DNA of 63,825 bases, the filler included, from Choristocarpus tenellus KU-1152 (Eukaryota > Protista > Phaeophyceae): the NCBI GenBank assembly GCA_964200185.2. It is 10 parts of 10 records of this genome, joined end to end, with 100 filler letters (N's around TTAATTAATTAA, not from the genome) between each part and the next. Parts side by side here need not be neighbours in the genome. Positions count along the whole stretch, not along the records: positions 43,400 to 53,263 come from CAXNAD020003321.1; positions 53,364 to 60,727 come from CAXNAD020006263.1; 8 more parts are not named here. One strand, written 5' to 3'. The first letter of the stretch is position 1; each line of letters starts with the position of its first letter. The notes under the pieces were generated by a model, which did no database searches, was not told where the DNA came from, and saw only the letters and a program-made list of their open reading frames with translations. This document shows positions 46,901-60,062 of the stretch, one piece after another. The position numbers and the translations under genes were made by a program.

Positions 46901-49900
46901 ATTTTAAGTTAAAAGTATATCAAAAGAAAAGTATACCAAAAGGAAGCATTTCACAATATTATGTTCCCATTCGCACTCTCTACCGCCTCCCATTGAAGGT
47001 CTACGACATGCTCATAAAAGCTCTGGAGAAGGCATTCTCCTTCTTTGACGAGGATGGCAGCAACACGATCGATGTTGCTGATCTGCAGACTATCTTGCAT
47101 GCGCTAGGGCATGACCCAACCCGGAAGGAGCTAAAGGCAATAAAGCGCAAAGCAGACACAGATCAGAATGGAGTGTTGCAGGTTTGCAATGTGCTTCCTC
47201 TGAACAGTTGGATGTGCAGTAGGGTGTTGAAGTCCAAAGAGGTGCACAGCTACTGAATATTGTCAAATGCTGGAGTCACCAAGCTTCCCCTCAGTTAGGG
47301 AGGATTGAGAAGTCTGTTGGACTAGTCTGAACACTTTCAAACTCTCCAATGCAAAGATCACATGCTTACCAAATGGTTGGGCAGAAGACCCTGGGAGGTA
47401 CTTGCCAAAAAACAGCGCAGTAAGTTGTATCTAGAACATATCTCCATGTTCACACTAAGAAGTAGATAGGCGTCAATTATGCCTCATCCACTCTAGTGCA
47501 ATATGTTCCTCACAAAGTCGTAATTTCATTACATCAGAACCTTCAGTTCATCTTTTGGGTGGTTTACACTTGCTCCAACTAATAAGCACTATAGTGCTAT
47601 CCCTTCACCTTCCCATAAAGTCTTCAACACACAACATTGCCCAGCACTCAGAATACACACCTCAATTTATGCTTCATATTCCTATTACAGCTCCAACATC
47701 GTCAATTCAACTTCACTCCCTCTCATATTTTTCTTCACAACAGTTGCCCGCCCAACCTCCTCAGCTGTCACCACCCCACGTCACGCCTTTGCAGTCTTTT
47801 TTGTACACCAACATCATTCCTCTCTCCCTCTCCCTCTCCCTCTCCCTTACCTGCATCCTCGAAAGTTCAAGAGTCTCTGTGCTTAACCTATGTCTACCCA
47901 TCACGGCCGTCCCACTTGCAGTTTGAAGAATTTCAATCTGCTACAATGCCTTTTCTGCTGGAGCGTGTTATGTCCAAGCAATTGACAGAGGGGGAAATGA
48001 GGAGCATGTTCGAGTTGCTGGACATAGACAAGTCTGGAACTGTGGACCACGCTGAATTTTTATTCCTTTTCTGCAAGAAGCTCAGAATTCTTACAGTGGA
48101 GGAGGCGGAAGCTCTGCTGAGTGTCCTCGACAGGTGAGGAAGGAAGGGTGGCAGGGAAGTGGTGATGGTGTGAGAGATTTGGGTGCGAAACGATTGTGTT
48201 GCTGTACACGTTGCATCATACGGTACATGATTTGGGTCGTACAATGTATAATGTGTCGTTTAAGGTGGGCTTAGGCTATGTTTAAGGCCTCATAAGGTCA
48301 CTTGCATGACCTCATTCCAGTATGATTGCTTCCCCTTTTTCCACTGGGAGCCCCTAGTGTGACTGATAAGTCGTATCATGTAGTCACTTGTAGAACCTTC
48401 AGGGAGAGTCATGGTACTGGGAAAAAGGAGTGAGGAGCGAGTCAAAGTATCTTAGAGGGTAGGAACACGTCCATTTGGGGGACAAAACCCAATGCTCCGA
48501 TCTTGGTGTAATTTTGGCTATCGTGTTTGTTAGGAAGTATCAATATCCTTGTTCCGGACACACCCTTTCATAACGTACACATATTACCTACTCCGAAACA
48601 TTTTGGGGTAGGAAAATGTCATTAAAAAAAACATGTGGGAAGCCAAGCCGCAAATGGACAAACAGGGCAACACTTGTACCCTCTAAGATACTTTTACTCA
48701 TTGTGGGATTGAGCTAGGGGAGGGTGAAGGACGAACATGTAGTGAGGAAGAAGTGATGAAACAGAGGGAAACGGGTATGTTTGGAGCAGAGGGGAGGGCA
48801 AGATGTGGTAGAGGGCTACCTCAAGGTATTACATACGAACAAATGAAGTTGGTGGGAGGCTGCAAATGCTATTCACCTCCCACAGAAACCTAACGAAGTC
48901 CAACATCTATCCTATCCCCTATCTAAGCCCACCAGAACCCCATTAACTGACCTGCTGCAATGAATACCTCTGAGGCTACTATACAGCAAGTGATTGCACC
49001 AATATTCTGTGTTAGACATTGACTTCACACGCACTGGTGGCAACTAATCTTTTAGGAAGAATCAGGGGGAAGTCTCCTGGGAAGAATTTGTGGGCATGTT
49101 CAAGATAATCCATGACCCTGAGAGTGCAGGGGCAGGCATGCTGCATGCAGAAGTCAAAGAGGTAAGTCATGTACGGTATTCTAATTACTAGCGACTTGTG
49201 AATTTAATGTAGGCTGCATTTGTGTTTGTAGTCTTGCTAGTCCGTCAGTAGTATCTGGGTACTTGTGTAACTGTGGGTCCTTGTCTGCCAATCACAACAT
49301 ACCACAATGTTGTGAGTAACCCCATTATGCTTGTTAAAACAAACATGGTGCCAACTAGCCCGCACTCAGTACAAATATCTATTTCTGCTGGCATGTCTGG
49401 ATTTGTCTCATGATATTCCATGTGCTTGAGTCTATTGCTTCTATGAACTAGACCATGTCCTGAGTTAAGGTGTAGGTAGAATGAGTATCTCTTTGTTATC
49501 ACTGAGCACCCTCAACAGTGTGGTGCCTGGTAGGAGGTGCATGTACATTTTTTCATGTGGCAAGGCAAGTCATCGTGTGGGTATGTCGGCATGTGCTACT
49601 TTGATTGCCAGCCAATGTGCATGTACCTGTGCAATATGTCCTATATATGGTTTGAATACTAATAGCCCCACTCATCCCAAAGTAGCCAATAGCCTCAACC
49701 CTAAACTCTCTCTTCAGGTCATAATGGTGGCCTTGAAAAAGTTGGTGATGGGAGGACAGCCCAACGTCCAAGACCAACTGGAATCATTTCTAGGCATGCC
49801 CTCCAACTACAGGAAAAGCATCCTCTCAGCCCTTGATCACATACATGACTTCAGCTTGCGGTGGGTACTGATGCCAAGACTTGACAGCCGAGGGGGGATA

Positions 49901-52679
49901 GAGGTATGTGGCTACTAGGGGTATGCGCTACTCATAGTGGGATAAAAGTCACCCTGTCTGATCTTGTAATATCTCAAATTGCAGAGCCATGGATGATCAA
50001 GTTGCAAGAATTTTTCTGCTTCCTCCAATGTCCACACTCCCCTTCCGAAATATTGGGTTCGTTCATAGGTCTTGCTGTATCTCTTCTCCCGTGTCTGTTT
50101 CCACAACAGCTTTAGAAGCAATTGCCGCCGAAACCAGCCGTTGCAGCAAATACCCAGCATCTTGTGAGATCTCAATAAAAAATAACAATGTATTAATACT
50201 TTGAATGGCTCAAAAACCCTTGGGTTGGAAGACACCTTTGATGAGGGTGTATTTTCAACAGGATGGTGTAACAAAATTTTATCGAGCATGAATTGAAGTA
50301 ATCTTTAGGCAGGGTAGATTTTGATGCCTCATTAACTCATGTGACGTTATTATCACATGTCACGTCAAAAATTAGGAATGTTTTGACAATGGGGAACTTG
50401 TGTAGCCCACAAAAAATAAATAGATTGAAAGGTTGTTTTTTTTTCGTAAAATATAGTGCTCATAATGAGATAACCAAAAAGAAGATTCAGTGCTTGTTTC
50501 GCAGCTCCTCATCTTCTATATAAGCACATTGCCTCTATAACTTCACCTTCAAATTCGAAGAAGTGATCCATGAATGAGTGAGTGAGTAAGAACAGTATCT
50601 ACTGGGAAGTACAATGCTGCATGATATTGTTGGATTTGATTGGAACATTAATGTAATTGTTACACGCTGTTGCAGGTGAAGTAAGAAAACCTATCGTGAC
50701 CTCTAGTTGTTAAATTTCGTACAGAAATTTGAAGGGTTTGAGAAATCCCTGCCAAAATGAGGAGGAATCTGAGCGTAACTCTGTTTAGGAAACTAGAATT
50801 GTAGAAGTTCTGAGTGCTACTTATCTGTAAGAACTAAGTCTGTGTGCCAAGAAGAAGGCGTCAAGAAATGACCTATAAAAGTTAACGCATACAACGTAGT
50901 ATTGTTGAAGCCCCTACTTCAAAGATATTTTGGCGTACTCAAATTTCCTCTTAATGAGACCAGTTTTCAGAACCTAAAATAGTCCGAGGATGGCCTTGAG
51001 GTCTCTGAAGCGATGCTCCCTTCGATGCAGTTAATGCAGATTACTTTAGGTCGTGCTGGATACCTCCCAACACCCACCTGCTTTCCTTCCTATGCCATAT
51101 TCTTCAGTTTAAAAGTATCATAAAATTCCAAGAAATTTGTCAGACACTCATAAACTCTCCCTCTACACTCACTCTCGCCTCTCCTTGAAGTCAGCAAACC
51201 AGAGACCTTAGCAGGGCAATGACAATATCATACCACACCCTGACCCCTGCTCCATGTCCTGTGTTTGATTGCTCCAGGCATAAGGTATATGGTGGGAAAA
51301 CTGCACACATAACAGTAGAAAGCAAGAGAGCAGTCAGGGGATTATCTCTAGTGGGACATCTTCTTCTGATAGCATATATATATTTCTCCCTTTTTCTCAG
51401 TCTTGCTGAGCTTTTTTCGTTGATGCTTCCTCAAGTATGTTAGAAGATCCGATTACCACATAATGCAACCAGGTTAATCCGTCCTCACACTGCTCTGTGT
51501 TCTAAACAACCTTCAGTTCCAGGACATGTCTGTGAAGGTTACTACAGAAGTTGCTGAGGTGGAGGCAAGCAAGGTGGTCGACCAGTCGTCTAGTCAGGTA
51601 TGCTTAATTAGGGTTTCTGCCCAGTTGCAGACTGATTTGTGTTCTGTTGAACTACAATTGTGCTTTGTAGGAGGCAACTGAATGAGTCTAGTATGCGAAG
51701 TCCACCTTTGGAGGGACCTGGACCATACTCGGTTTAACAGGTGGATGTGACCTCGAGATAAGTTACTCATCAACCACGACTCAAATAACCTTGTTCTTGT
51801 TGTACACTATCAAAGATTATGATCAAGGCATCAAACATGGAGGATGGAAGGAGACTAACGGGGAACAAAGGGCGAACGAGGGGATTAGGGTTCACTGTGG
51901 CCAAGGCACTGACGTGGGGGGTCAGAGCAGGAACTCGCCCCTCCTCAGGTCCTTCTCCTTTTGCATTAGACACACCCCTCAAGGCCACCACTTCACGCCG
52001 CAGGTTGAGAAAGAGAAGCTTTTATAAAATGCTAGTCTCACTTCAAAAGGAGTGTATTGCAGGTTTCTCATGTTTTTCTTAGGCCAATGATACCATAACA
52101 CTTGCTCTTGGTTAAGTGAGAGCCAAAGTATCTTAGAGGGTAGGGACACGTCCATTTGGGGGCCAAAATCCAATGTTGCAATTTTGATGTAATTTTGGCT
52201 ATTGCAGTTGTTAGGAAGTGCCAATATCCTTGTTCGGACACACCTTTTCATAACGTATACATTTTACCTACTCCGAAACATTTTGGAGTAGGAAAGTGTC
52301 GTAAAAAAACCCATAGAAAGTCAAGCCCCAATGGACAAACAGGGCAAAACTCGTACCCTCTACGATACTTTTACTCTAAGGAACTACAGTGATGAGAAAC
52401 AGAGCTCTTCCCTGAGTCTCCTCGCTTGATTGAACATCTACTTTACATAGTATGATGGTGTGAATGGTAGTATGCCAGCTACACTTCTCCATAAAAATCA
52501 CCCAGCCATGGATGTGTAATTTCACCCCTAACCCGACCTGTACTGGGATTGAAAGATCATCTGTGATGGGAGCGGGAATATTGGAGATGACTACAACTGT
52601 GAATAAGAGAGCCGAGCTGCAGGGAGTTGGTACATTGGTGCCGTATGGAGGAGGAGTTTCCTCCAGTGAAGTCATGCAG
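43914..52679 (+). CDS. Multi-EF-hand calcium-binding protein, partial at both ends; C-terminal part possibly nephrocystin-1-like
   Basis: In-phase GT-AG exons 43914-44101, 44681-44804, 45988-46143, 46999-47181, 47922-48133, 49056-49161, 49718-49860; less certain 51278-51350, 51517-51597, ~52506-52679. EF loops DEDGSNTIDVAD, DTDQNGVLQFEE, DIDKSGTVDHAE, DRKNQGEVSWEE. Confidence 0.85.
48439..48699 (+). mobile_element. MITE family A copy, intronic; no matching TSD
   Basis: Both TIRs intact; flanks AGC/ATT. Confidence 0.92.
52120..52376 (+). mobile_element. MITE family A copy, intronic; TSD TGA/TAA (1 mismatch)
   Basis: GAGCCAAAGTATCTTAGAGGGTA...TACCCTCTACGATACTTTTACTC. Confidence 0.92.
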
Positions 52680-53045
52680 GTAGGTTTTTCTAGGAGATGT
52701 AGAGTAATCCTTTAGGCTTCCCCGTGTTCACAGAGTACTCTCAAGTATATATGCAAGGGAAAAAATACGGCCAGAGGGAGAAAATGTCCTATAGGATGAG
52801 GCGGTGGGCAGTTCTTCGAGGAGGAATTTGTGTCATGAAGTCTCAGATGTAGTGTGGTCTCTCAACGTAGGCCACCTTTGATCATTGGACACAAAGCAAT
52901 GAACTTCGACATTCTCTTGCTTAAAAGATCCCGAAGTTGAGACATTCCCGTTGATCCATTAGCACGATGACTTCAGCAATGAATCACCCAACTTTTTGAT
53001 GTAGTAAAATAATCCCAAGCATCCTCATTCAGGCAGATTTGAATT

Positions 53046-53227
53046 GGCTCAAAGTATCTAGGGGGGGTGGCGGCTGTCAATTTGGGGTCAATATTTTCAT
53101 GTCGCGATTTTTTGGTAATTTGGTTGCATACATCGGATGGATAATGAAAGTGAACTTTTCCTGGCTTTGACCCAAATGGACACCCTGGTGTATACCCCCC
53201 CCCACCCTCCCCAGATACTTTGGATCA
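53046..53227 (-). mobile_element. MITE family B copy, TSD ATT
   Basis: GGCTCAAAGTATCTAGGGG...CCCCAGATACTTTGGATCA flanked by ATT. Confidence 0.9.
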
Positions 53228-53263
53228 ATTCAGTGCCAAGAGCTTACTCATTTCCCACTGTAT

Positions 53264-53363
53264 NNNNNNNNNNNNNNNNNNNNNNNNNNNNNNNNNNNNN
53301 NNNNNNNTTAATTAATTAANNNNNNNNNNNNNNNNNNNNNNNNNNNNNNNNNNNNNNNNNNNN
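53264..53363. other. Artificial contig linker
   Basis: N44-TTAATTAATTAA-N44. Confidence 0.97.
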
Positions 53364-56123
53364 GTTACCAATGAACCTGTCCCCCTTGCCCCCATCCTAG
53401 TCGCAGTGGGACCAGTCATAGTAGCCCACACTCCCCCCTCCTCAGCCTCTGTACCTGTGCCTGGCACAGGTTCTACCTGACCTGCCTGTGCCTGCTGTGA
53501 GGCTCCAGTTAACCAGGGCCGGCTTCTCCTCTTCAGATTGGTCAACCGCTCATAAAGGCTGCCACCACTGCTATTTCCCTTGAATGCGCTTGCTCCAGAG
53601 CCATCATGACCAGAACCAGCCCCACTGTGTCCCAAGCCTGTGATGCTACCAGAGCCATGACTGCTGCTGCTGTGATTCCTAACCCCCATGCCCTGCTGCT
53701 GTTGTGGAGCCAGAGCCACCTTATCCTTATCAGTTACAACCTCAGTCCCCGCCTTGCCTGGTAAGGCCACCATGGAAGATGCGGCCTTGCTGCTGTCAAG
53801 AGGATTTACTGGTGGTGAAGCTGCACCGGGTGCCATGGCAATGATGCTCCGAGTCTGGTTGGTGTCTCCCTCCTCTGTTGGGTCTTCTTCTGAAATCTCC
53901 TTAGGCTGCACATTGGGGTCATCCTCAATTGCTGTCACAATGCTACTGCTGCCCAAGTAGGGGTTGGGTGGGGGGAGGCGGCGGAGTTGAAGGGTCATGG
54001 ATCAAAAGAGTTGCTCGGGTAGAAATGATGAAGTACAGGCAGTTATGTACGAGTCCTCAATGTGCTATAATAGTTCACCATTGATGGAAATAAGCTTTCT
54101 CTTTGATAGAACAGACAGATCATCGGCACCAGTTTGGATTTCAACACAATCTATTTCTTCTTTTGAGGATTGATTTGGTAAAGAGGATACGGGTCACACA
54201 AGATACCACCCTATATAGGGTTCTTGATTATCCTGCAACTCTTAGTCTTGAAACCGTGTCACCACCTTGATAACATGGGAGCAGAAATCGACTCAGCCAC
54301 TTCATTCGAAACGTCAAACGCTCAGTAGCTGAATATGAAATAAGGGGGGAAAGAAGGCCTCCACTTTTCTGCAATCAAGGCCTGTCAATGGGACAGGATA
54401 CACAAAGATTTTCCGAGAGAGATGCAAGAGTACATACTCAAAGCTCTGAACGGAATGATGAGCAAAAAAAAATGTATTGTTCCTCAAAAGAAAACACCCA
54501 CACCCACCTTAGCTTGACCTTCTTTCTCTCCTCTCCTTTGTGGATATGGGCAGCAACATTGATATTGTTCTGTTTTGCAGCTACTTCTGTTTCCTTGACC
54601 TCTCCCTCCTGCACAATCGCCTCCTTTACCCTCAACCCCTTGTCTTCATCATCAGAGTCTTTGGTGTTTAGTGTAGGTGATGTCACCTCCTCCTCCATCT
54701 CTTGCTCTGGTGGCATGAAAATAGTCAACCTTTCATTTTGTTCGTCATCACAGTCACTACCAAGATTGCTTCTTCCATCCCCTCCCTCCTCCACGTCCAT
54801 TTCCTCCTCCCGACTATGACTTTCCTTGATTGAGGGCCTGGCATCCTCTTCCTCGTCCATGTTGGAATATGTTGTAGACTTGGACTCTGACACAATTTGA
54901 GTCTCCACCCCCCGTCCTAAGCCAGTTTCTATTTCATCAGTGCAAGTAAGACTTGATGTATCAGAGGCTAGGGTTGGATCATGGATTTGTGTTTTGAAGG
55001 GGAGATTACACTCTAGTTTTTTGGTTGTGGTGGAGTTCACTACCGCAGCAGATGATGAAACGGCGTCTTCCTTGACTAGCTGCTCCTCAGCACTCACCCT
55101 AGGCTCTTGACTGGTACGATCAACTTTGGTCCCACTATTGGCTAGCTCAAAGTCAAGCTTCTGAACCCCCCGGTCATCCATTGTATCTTCCTCCTCTGCT
55201 GCGGTTTCGTACGCATCACCGGGCGTATTGCTCGACGAAGAAGTGCCAGCGGAGAGTAACTCCTTCCCTGAACTAAACCTTAACAGTGATCCCCTGTACG
55301 TAGAGGCGTGTGCTGGAGAACCCATCTTGCTCTCCGCATCAACATCGGAGGGGCTTGGCTTATCTTCTTCCTCACCCGTGGCACATTTGCTCTTGAGTTC
55401 GGCAATGCGTTCGTCAATCGCAGCCTTCAGCATTTCCTGCAGACCTGCCTTTCTTACCCCTCTCATCTTCCCAGGGGGCACACCAAGCAACCTCAGCTCA
55501 ACCTTGAGCTGAACGACGATCATAGACATAACGGCCATAGCCTCCAGTGTCGAAATCTGCGACGCCGGGTCCGTCCCCGAAGTGTTCTCGTTGTCACTGT
55601 CGCCTTCGTTGTCCGCACTTACAGACACTACTTCGCAATGTTCGATTGACTTATTATTGGCCTTTTTCCCCATACCTACTTTCAGACGCTTGGTCGAAGA
55701 ATGCTCACCCCTGTCGGCATCCACATCATCCCCTGCCGGCTTCCTTTGACCACGCCCCTTGCCTGGGCTGCGCCTTCCGCGCTTTTTTTCTTGGGGAGAC
55801 TCGGCAGGTACAGCCGTGGGAGTCTCGGCAGTGTTGAGATCGCGTAAGCGCAGGCCACGAGGGCGTTGGATAGTGTCTATATCATCCTCGACTTCACCCG
55901 ACGTCATCGGGGATGATGTACCCTTTGCAACCACAGCAGCCAACGAGTCCTCTTCATTCTCCTTGTTGGTCACCTTGCATGTACGCGATCTGGTCATGGG
56001 CTGCTTCTGTAGCGCCCATTCACGGATAAAACTGCATGCTTCGGTACGGGTATAGATCAACTCGGTTAAGTCTGATCTCGTCGATTCATCAGGACCACCA
56101 ATCCTGAGCGTCAGATCTGACAT
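53364..56123 (-). CDS. Large disordered acidic protein with a SAP-like motif, 3'-partial
   Basis: Exon 1 56123-54508 (~538 codons, donor AG|GTGGGT) and exon 2 from ~53949 towards the contig end. MSMIVVQLKVELRLLGVPPGKMRGVRKAGLQEML fits the SAP/HeH consensus; basic patch KKRGRRSPGK is NLS-like. Confidence 0.75.
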
Positions 56124-56772
56124 TTTGCCTTGATTGGGAGAACACCAACCTCCACCCCCACCCCCAACTCCCGAACGATGTCGAGGTCGGGGCGCCAGCA
56201 ATTACAGATTGTGTAACTGGAAATATCAGCCGATGACTGTCCCTTTTTACTCTTTCTGTCAAGTCCACCCTTCCTACTTCCTACTTCCTACTGCTACGGA
56301 CGTCCTCGCGCTGTCCCTTGGCTCATCTGAGTTTGGTTTCCCTCGACATTTTGGTGCATAAAGGTCCAACGGCCCTGTTTATGGTTGGCGCGCGCGTCAT
56401 ATTTTAATCGAAGATTCAAGTGTTTTCCATTACAAACTACATCATTGCGCGCGCGATTCTTCCCTCTCCCCTAACACCCCAATCTGCCTCTCTTTTTTCA
56501 CCCGTCTTCTTCACCTCTGGACTCCTTCAAGTAAAGTCAGCGTCATCTCTCTCCCTGTTCCCCAGGTTTGCAACAATCTGGCCCTCGAACCGCTGCTCCT
56601 GCTAAAAAATTGTTGCCATTGGCAGAGATGAGGGACACCTTCAAGTGTGTCAGTTGGGGTGGTACTAGATCAAACACTCAAGCCATCTAGTGGCGGCGTA
56701 TTTGACTTTCATTGCCTGGGGTGCTTTCTCAGGCTTACGATCCATCTTTATTATCTGTCGGTCTCATCTGGA
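56124..56772. promoter_or_regulatory. Putative bidirectional promoter with E2F-like GCGCGCG boxes
   Basis: ~650 bp between divergent starts; TTGGCGCGCGCG 56385-56396, TTGCGCGCGCGA 56445-56456, AACGG 56368-56372. Confidence 0.45.
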
Positions 56773-59638
56773 ATGGTGATTTCCCCCTCTCCAACCGAGG
56801 AGTACACCATGGATGCTCTACAGGCCTTGGTTGACGAAATTGTTAACACCTGCCCAGCTTTCATAGTATCTTCAACTGGGGAACAACGACGTGAATGGTG
56901 GGTCGATGGTGTCAGGGGCAAGCTTCGGAGGGTATCCGAGCTTCATGTGGACTCCAATATATCTGCAAGGCTGTCAGAGAGCGCTGGTTTGGCGTATTCA
57001 GCTATACACGCCCTCGCTTCCCTCTGCCTGTTCCTAGTGGACCCCACCCCAGCTAACAAGGCTGCGGTTCCATTGGCTGCGACGGAACGTCTCATCGAAC
57101 TCGTTTTTATATGCTTGGCTAACTTACTCGAAGATCCTACTTGTCGAAACCTCTTCTCCAGAGCGCTGTTCGTGCTTCATGCCGAGAGGCAGGATAGAGC
57201 CCAGGAACGGCAGCTCTCTCCTCGACCACTCACGTTCCAAGATGCCCTTCTGTGTCGAATCCTCCCTGGATATGCAAAAGGAGATGAAGGCAGGGCCCAT
57301 GTGGAGGATGACAGCTGTTACACCTCTTCATCGGCAAATGTGGCATGTACTACCTTGTCAATTGACCACGCTGCTGCACGTCTGATGTGCCACATGATGC
57401 GCCACAGCCCTCTGTCCTTCCCCGCCTCAACTTATGCAGCCTTGGCATCGCATCTGACAGGCCAACTTCTGGGTACTGGCGCAGCTTCCAGCGCTTCCAG
57501 TGTGGGCAGTAGCACGCTATCTGCCTCATTGTCGCAGCTCAGACTCGACGAGGGAGGAGACGATGGCGCTGACATCGTCCTCATAGTAGATATGTTTGCC
57601 GCGTGTTGCAGGGGCAGTCCCCACTTTCGGCAGTATGTAAAGGGACTCCGGAGAAAGAGGGACCTGTACCGTCGCCTCCTGGGTCTCCTCTCACCTAATA
57701 ACAGCGCCGATCTTGTGGTGCGCTCTTTGAGTGCCCTCACACGCCTTCTGGCTGGAGACCCCCTTGAGGGAAAGGTGAGGAGAAATAAGGAAAAATGAGG
57801 GCTCTTTTGATGTAATATTTACAGTGCTTTCACAACCACCTGTGACTGGGAGGTTATACAATGTAGTGGTTAGGAATGGGAGGAGGGATAAGAGTGCTTG
57901 CGTGGATTTTATCACTCTAAACACCTTCAAGTTCTGGTTCACATCCTTTCCTTTCTGAATAAGCTTCTCTTCTTCTTCTTTCCTCTTCTCCCGACCCTCA
58001 GACCAACATCTGTATGTCCCATTCCACGCGCTTGACCAAATGAAATATCCCCATCTGCATCACTTCAAATATCAGTCACCTCTCCAACTTGCACCTTAAA
58101 TAGTTTGCAACTACATGACAATCCTTCTGTCACCCTCGTGGGCACCCACCCCCAATCCACCCCTTGATGATGTGGAAAACGGAAATGGTAACACCCAATC
58201 CTTTGGGGGACACTCCGGATGGATCGTGGGGAACAACGGTTGGAGACTGCAGATCTTTGTGCGGAATAATGTGGAGCAGGCGGCTTCCCTTGTATTCAGT
58301 CGCCTTCTGGACCTCTCCGGGCAAAGCGACTCAGGCATGCAGCGCCGGTGTGCTGAGGTTGCATCAGATTTTTCCCGAAGTGCTATCTTCATGCCCATTC
58401 TCTGTGAGACAGGGCAGGTGCACCAGTTCCTCAAGGGAGCGGTTACTACGCTGATTGCTGTGGCAGGAAACCTCCTACCTCCATCACCAGTCCTGGCAGA
58501 AGTGGGGTCGATGGCCCCTCGAGTTGATCCTCGGACCAATAAAGCCTCTTATTGCTCGCTTGTTACTGCTCCACCAGAACCCCTCCTAATTTCTCTGGGG
58601 TCTTTGTGTATCCACCACAGCCCTGCACGGTCTGATTTTATACAGGAGGTTCTGGGCCGCCACGAGGGCAGCTACACCAGCTCCGAGAGAGGAAAGGTTG
58701 GGAGTGGTGTGTTAGGTGAGGATACTGGAAGGGACACCCATTGTCTAGACGCCATTTTCTTGCTGAGTCTAGTGCATCCTCACCGCCCGACGGTTGCAGC
58801 CGCTTCGGCTCTGCTGCAGTGTCTCCTTGTTGGCGGTGGAGCGCTTGGAGCCATGAGTGGACCCTCCCCCTCTATGACTGCAGCGTCTGGTGTAGGAGTG
58901 ATCCCAACAACTTACCTGGTGTCAGCGCATTTTTGCCGGAGGGCAGGAGGACGACGGGATGAGAATGGAGAGTGTGTGGGGGAAGTGGGACAGAGTGATG
59001 GTGGTGGGAGTGTCTTTTTTGAAGGACTAGGTCGAGAGAATCCCATCCAGGAGGAGCTCCTTGATACTCTGGAGGTGATGGTTGCTGGTAGGGGAGGGGA
59101 GTGGGGTTTGGAGGGCTGGGGTGATGATGATGGCAGCGGTGTTGAGGAGGATGAAAGGGACGTAGAGGAGGGTGAATATTCTTCTTCAGGGTATGAAGAA
59201 GATGGGGGTTACATCAAGTCCTGCAATAGCTCCGCCCGGAGTAACAGCCAGAATAGGGACAAGGGTAGGAACGATTTTGGTGACAGCAAGAGCGTGGGGA
59301 GAGGGGGGAATGGGAAAGAGACTCTGTATGGACGGCTTCCTGAAGGAGGTGTTATGGGGATTCTTGTCAGGCAGCTCTGCGAGGTTGGAGAGAGGATTGC
59401 GATAGGACCGAGAGGGTTGGAGGGTGGTGGTGGGGATGACAGGATGGATACGTTGCACTTGGGTAGGGGACAACAGAGGAGGTCAAAGACTGCTGCGGTT
59501 CCAACGGTGTTGGAACCAGGAGGAGACCAGTTTCCGCCGTGCTTTAGGACTCCACTGCATGTGGAGTGTTTGTCTGTGGAGTCTGAGACAGAATTGATGT
59601 CTCTGCTGTGCCTCATGTCCTGCATGGTGAGAGGGCTG
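56773..59638 (+). CDS. CIP2A: CIP2A-like armadillo-repeat protein, probably 3'-partial
   Basis: Exons 56773(or 56809)-57774 and 58253-~59626/59638. The spliced segment CCRGSPHFRQYVKGLRRKRDLYRRLLGLLS...LVVRSLSALTRLLAGDPLEGK|IFVRNNVEQAASLVFSRLL resembles, from recall, animal CIP2A LCR...FYRTLxxLL...VVVFALSIL...VGEKLF..RNIHQTFQLIFNIL. Confidence 0.65.
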
Positions 59639-60062
59639 GTATGCCTCCCCATGCTTGGCACATAAAAAGGTCGTCAGATGCAAGTCACGGTTGATCCCGT
59701 GGAATTGATTTCTGCAGCGTTGCAATAGGTTGCTCTTGAAGTTGTTGATAGTGTTGAACGATGACATTGATAAGGGTTTTGTAACGTTTGTTGGTAATGT
59801 TGAGCGGATTATAGTCACTTGGAGCTGCTTGTGGAACACCAATTATATGGTGAGACACGGTGTTGCTCGTAGTTGCTTCTGACCTAAATTAGATGTTTAA
59901 AAATTGCTAGGAGTGTCGTGTCGTCATCCTTCCAAGATTTAATGATTATAATGTAATAATTAGTAATAATGATAAAATTAAAAGTAGTAATATTGATGTT
60001 AATGTTAGTAAAAATTAAATTTATAATAAACAGTATGTGGTGTTTAAAAATATCCCGAATAT

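Noticed and set aside
54388-59661. Opposite-strand and alternative-frame ORFs within the two long genes
   Set aside because: Shadows of long coding exons.
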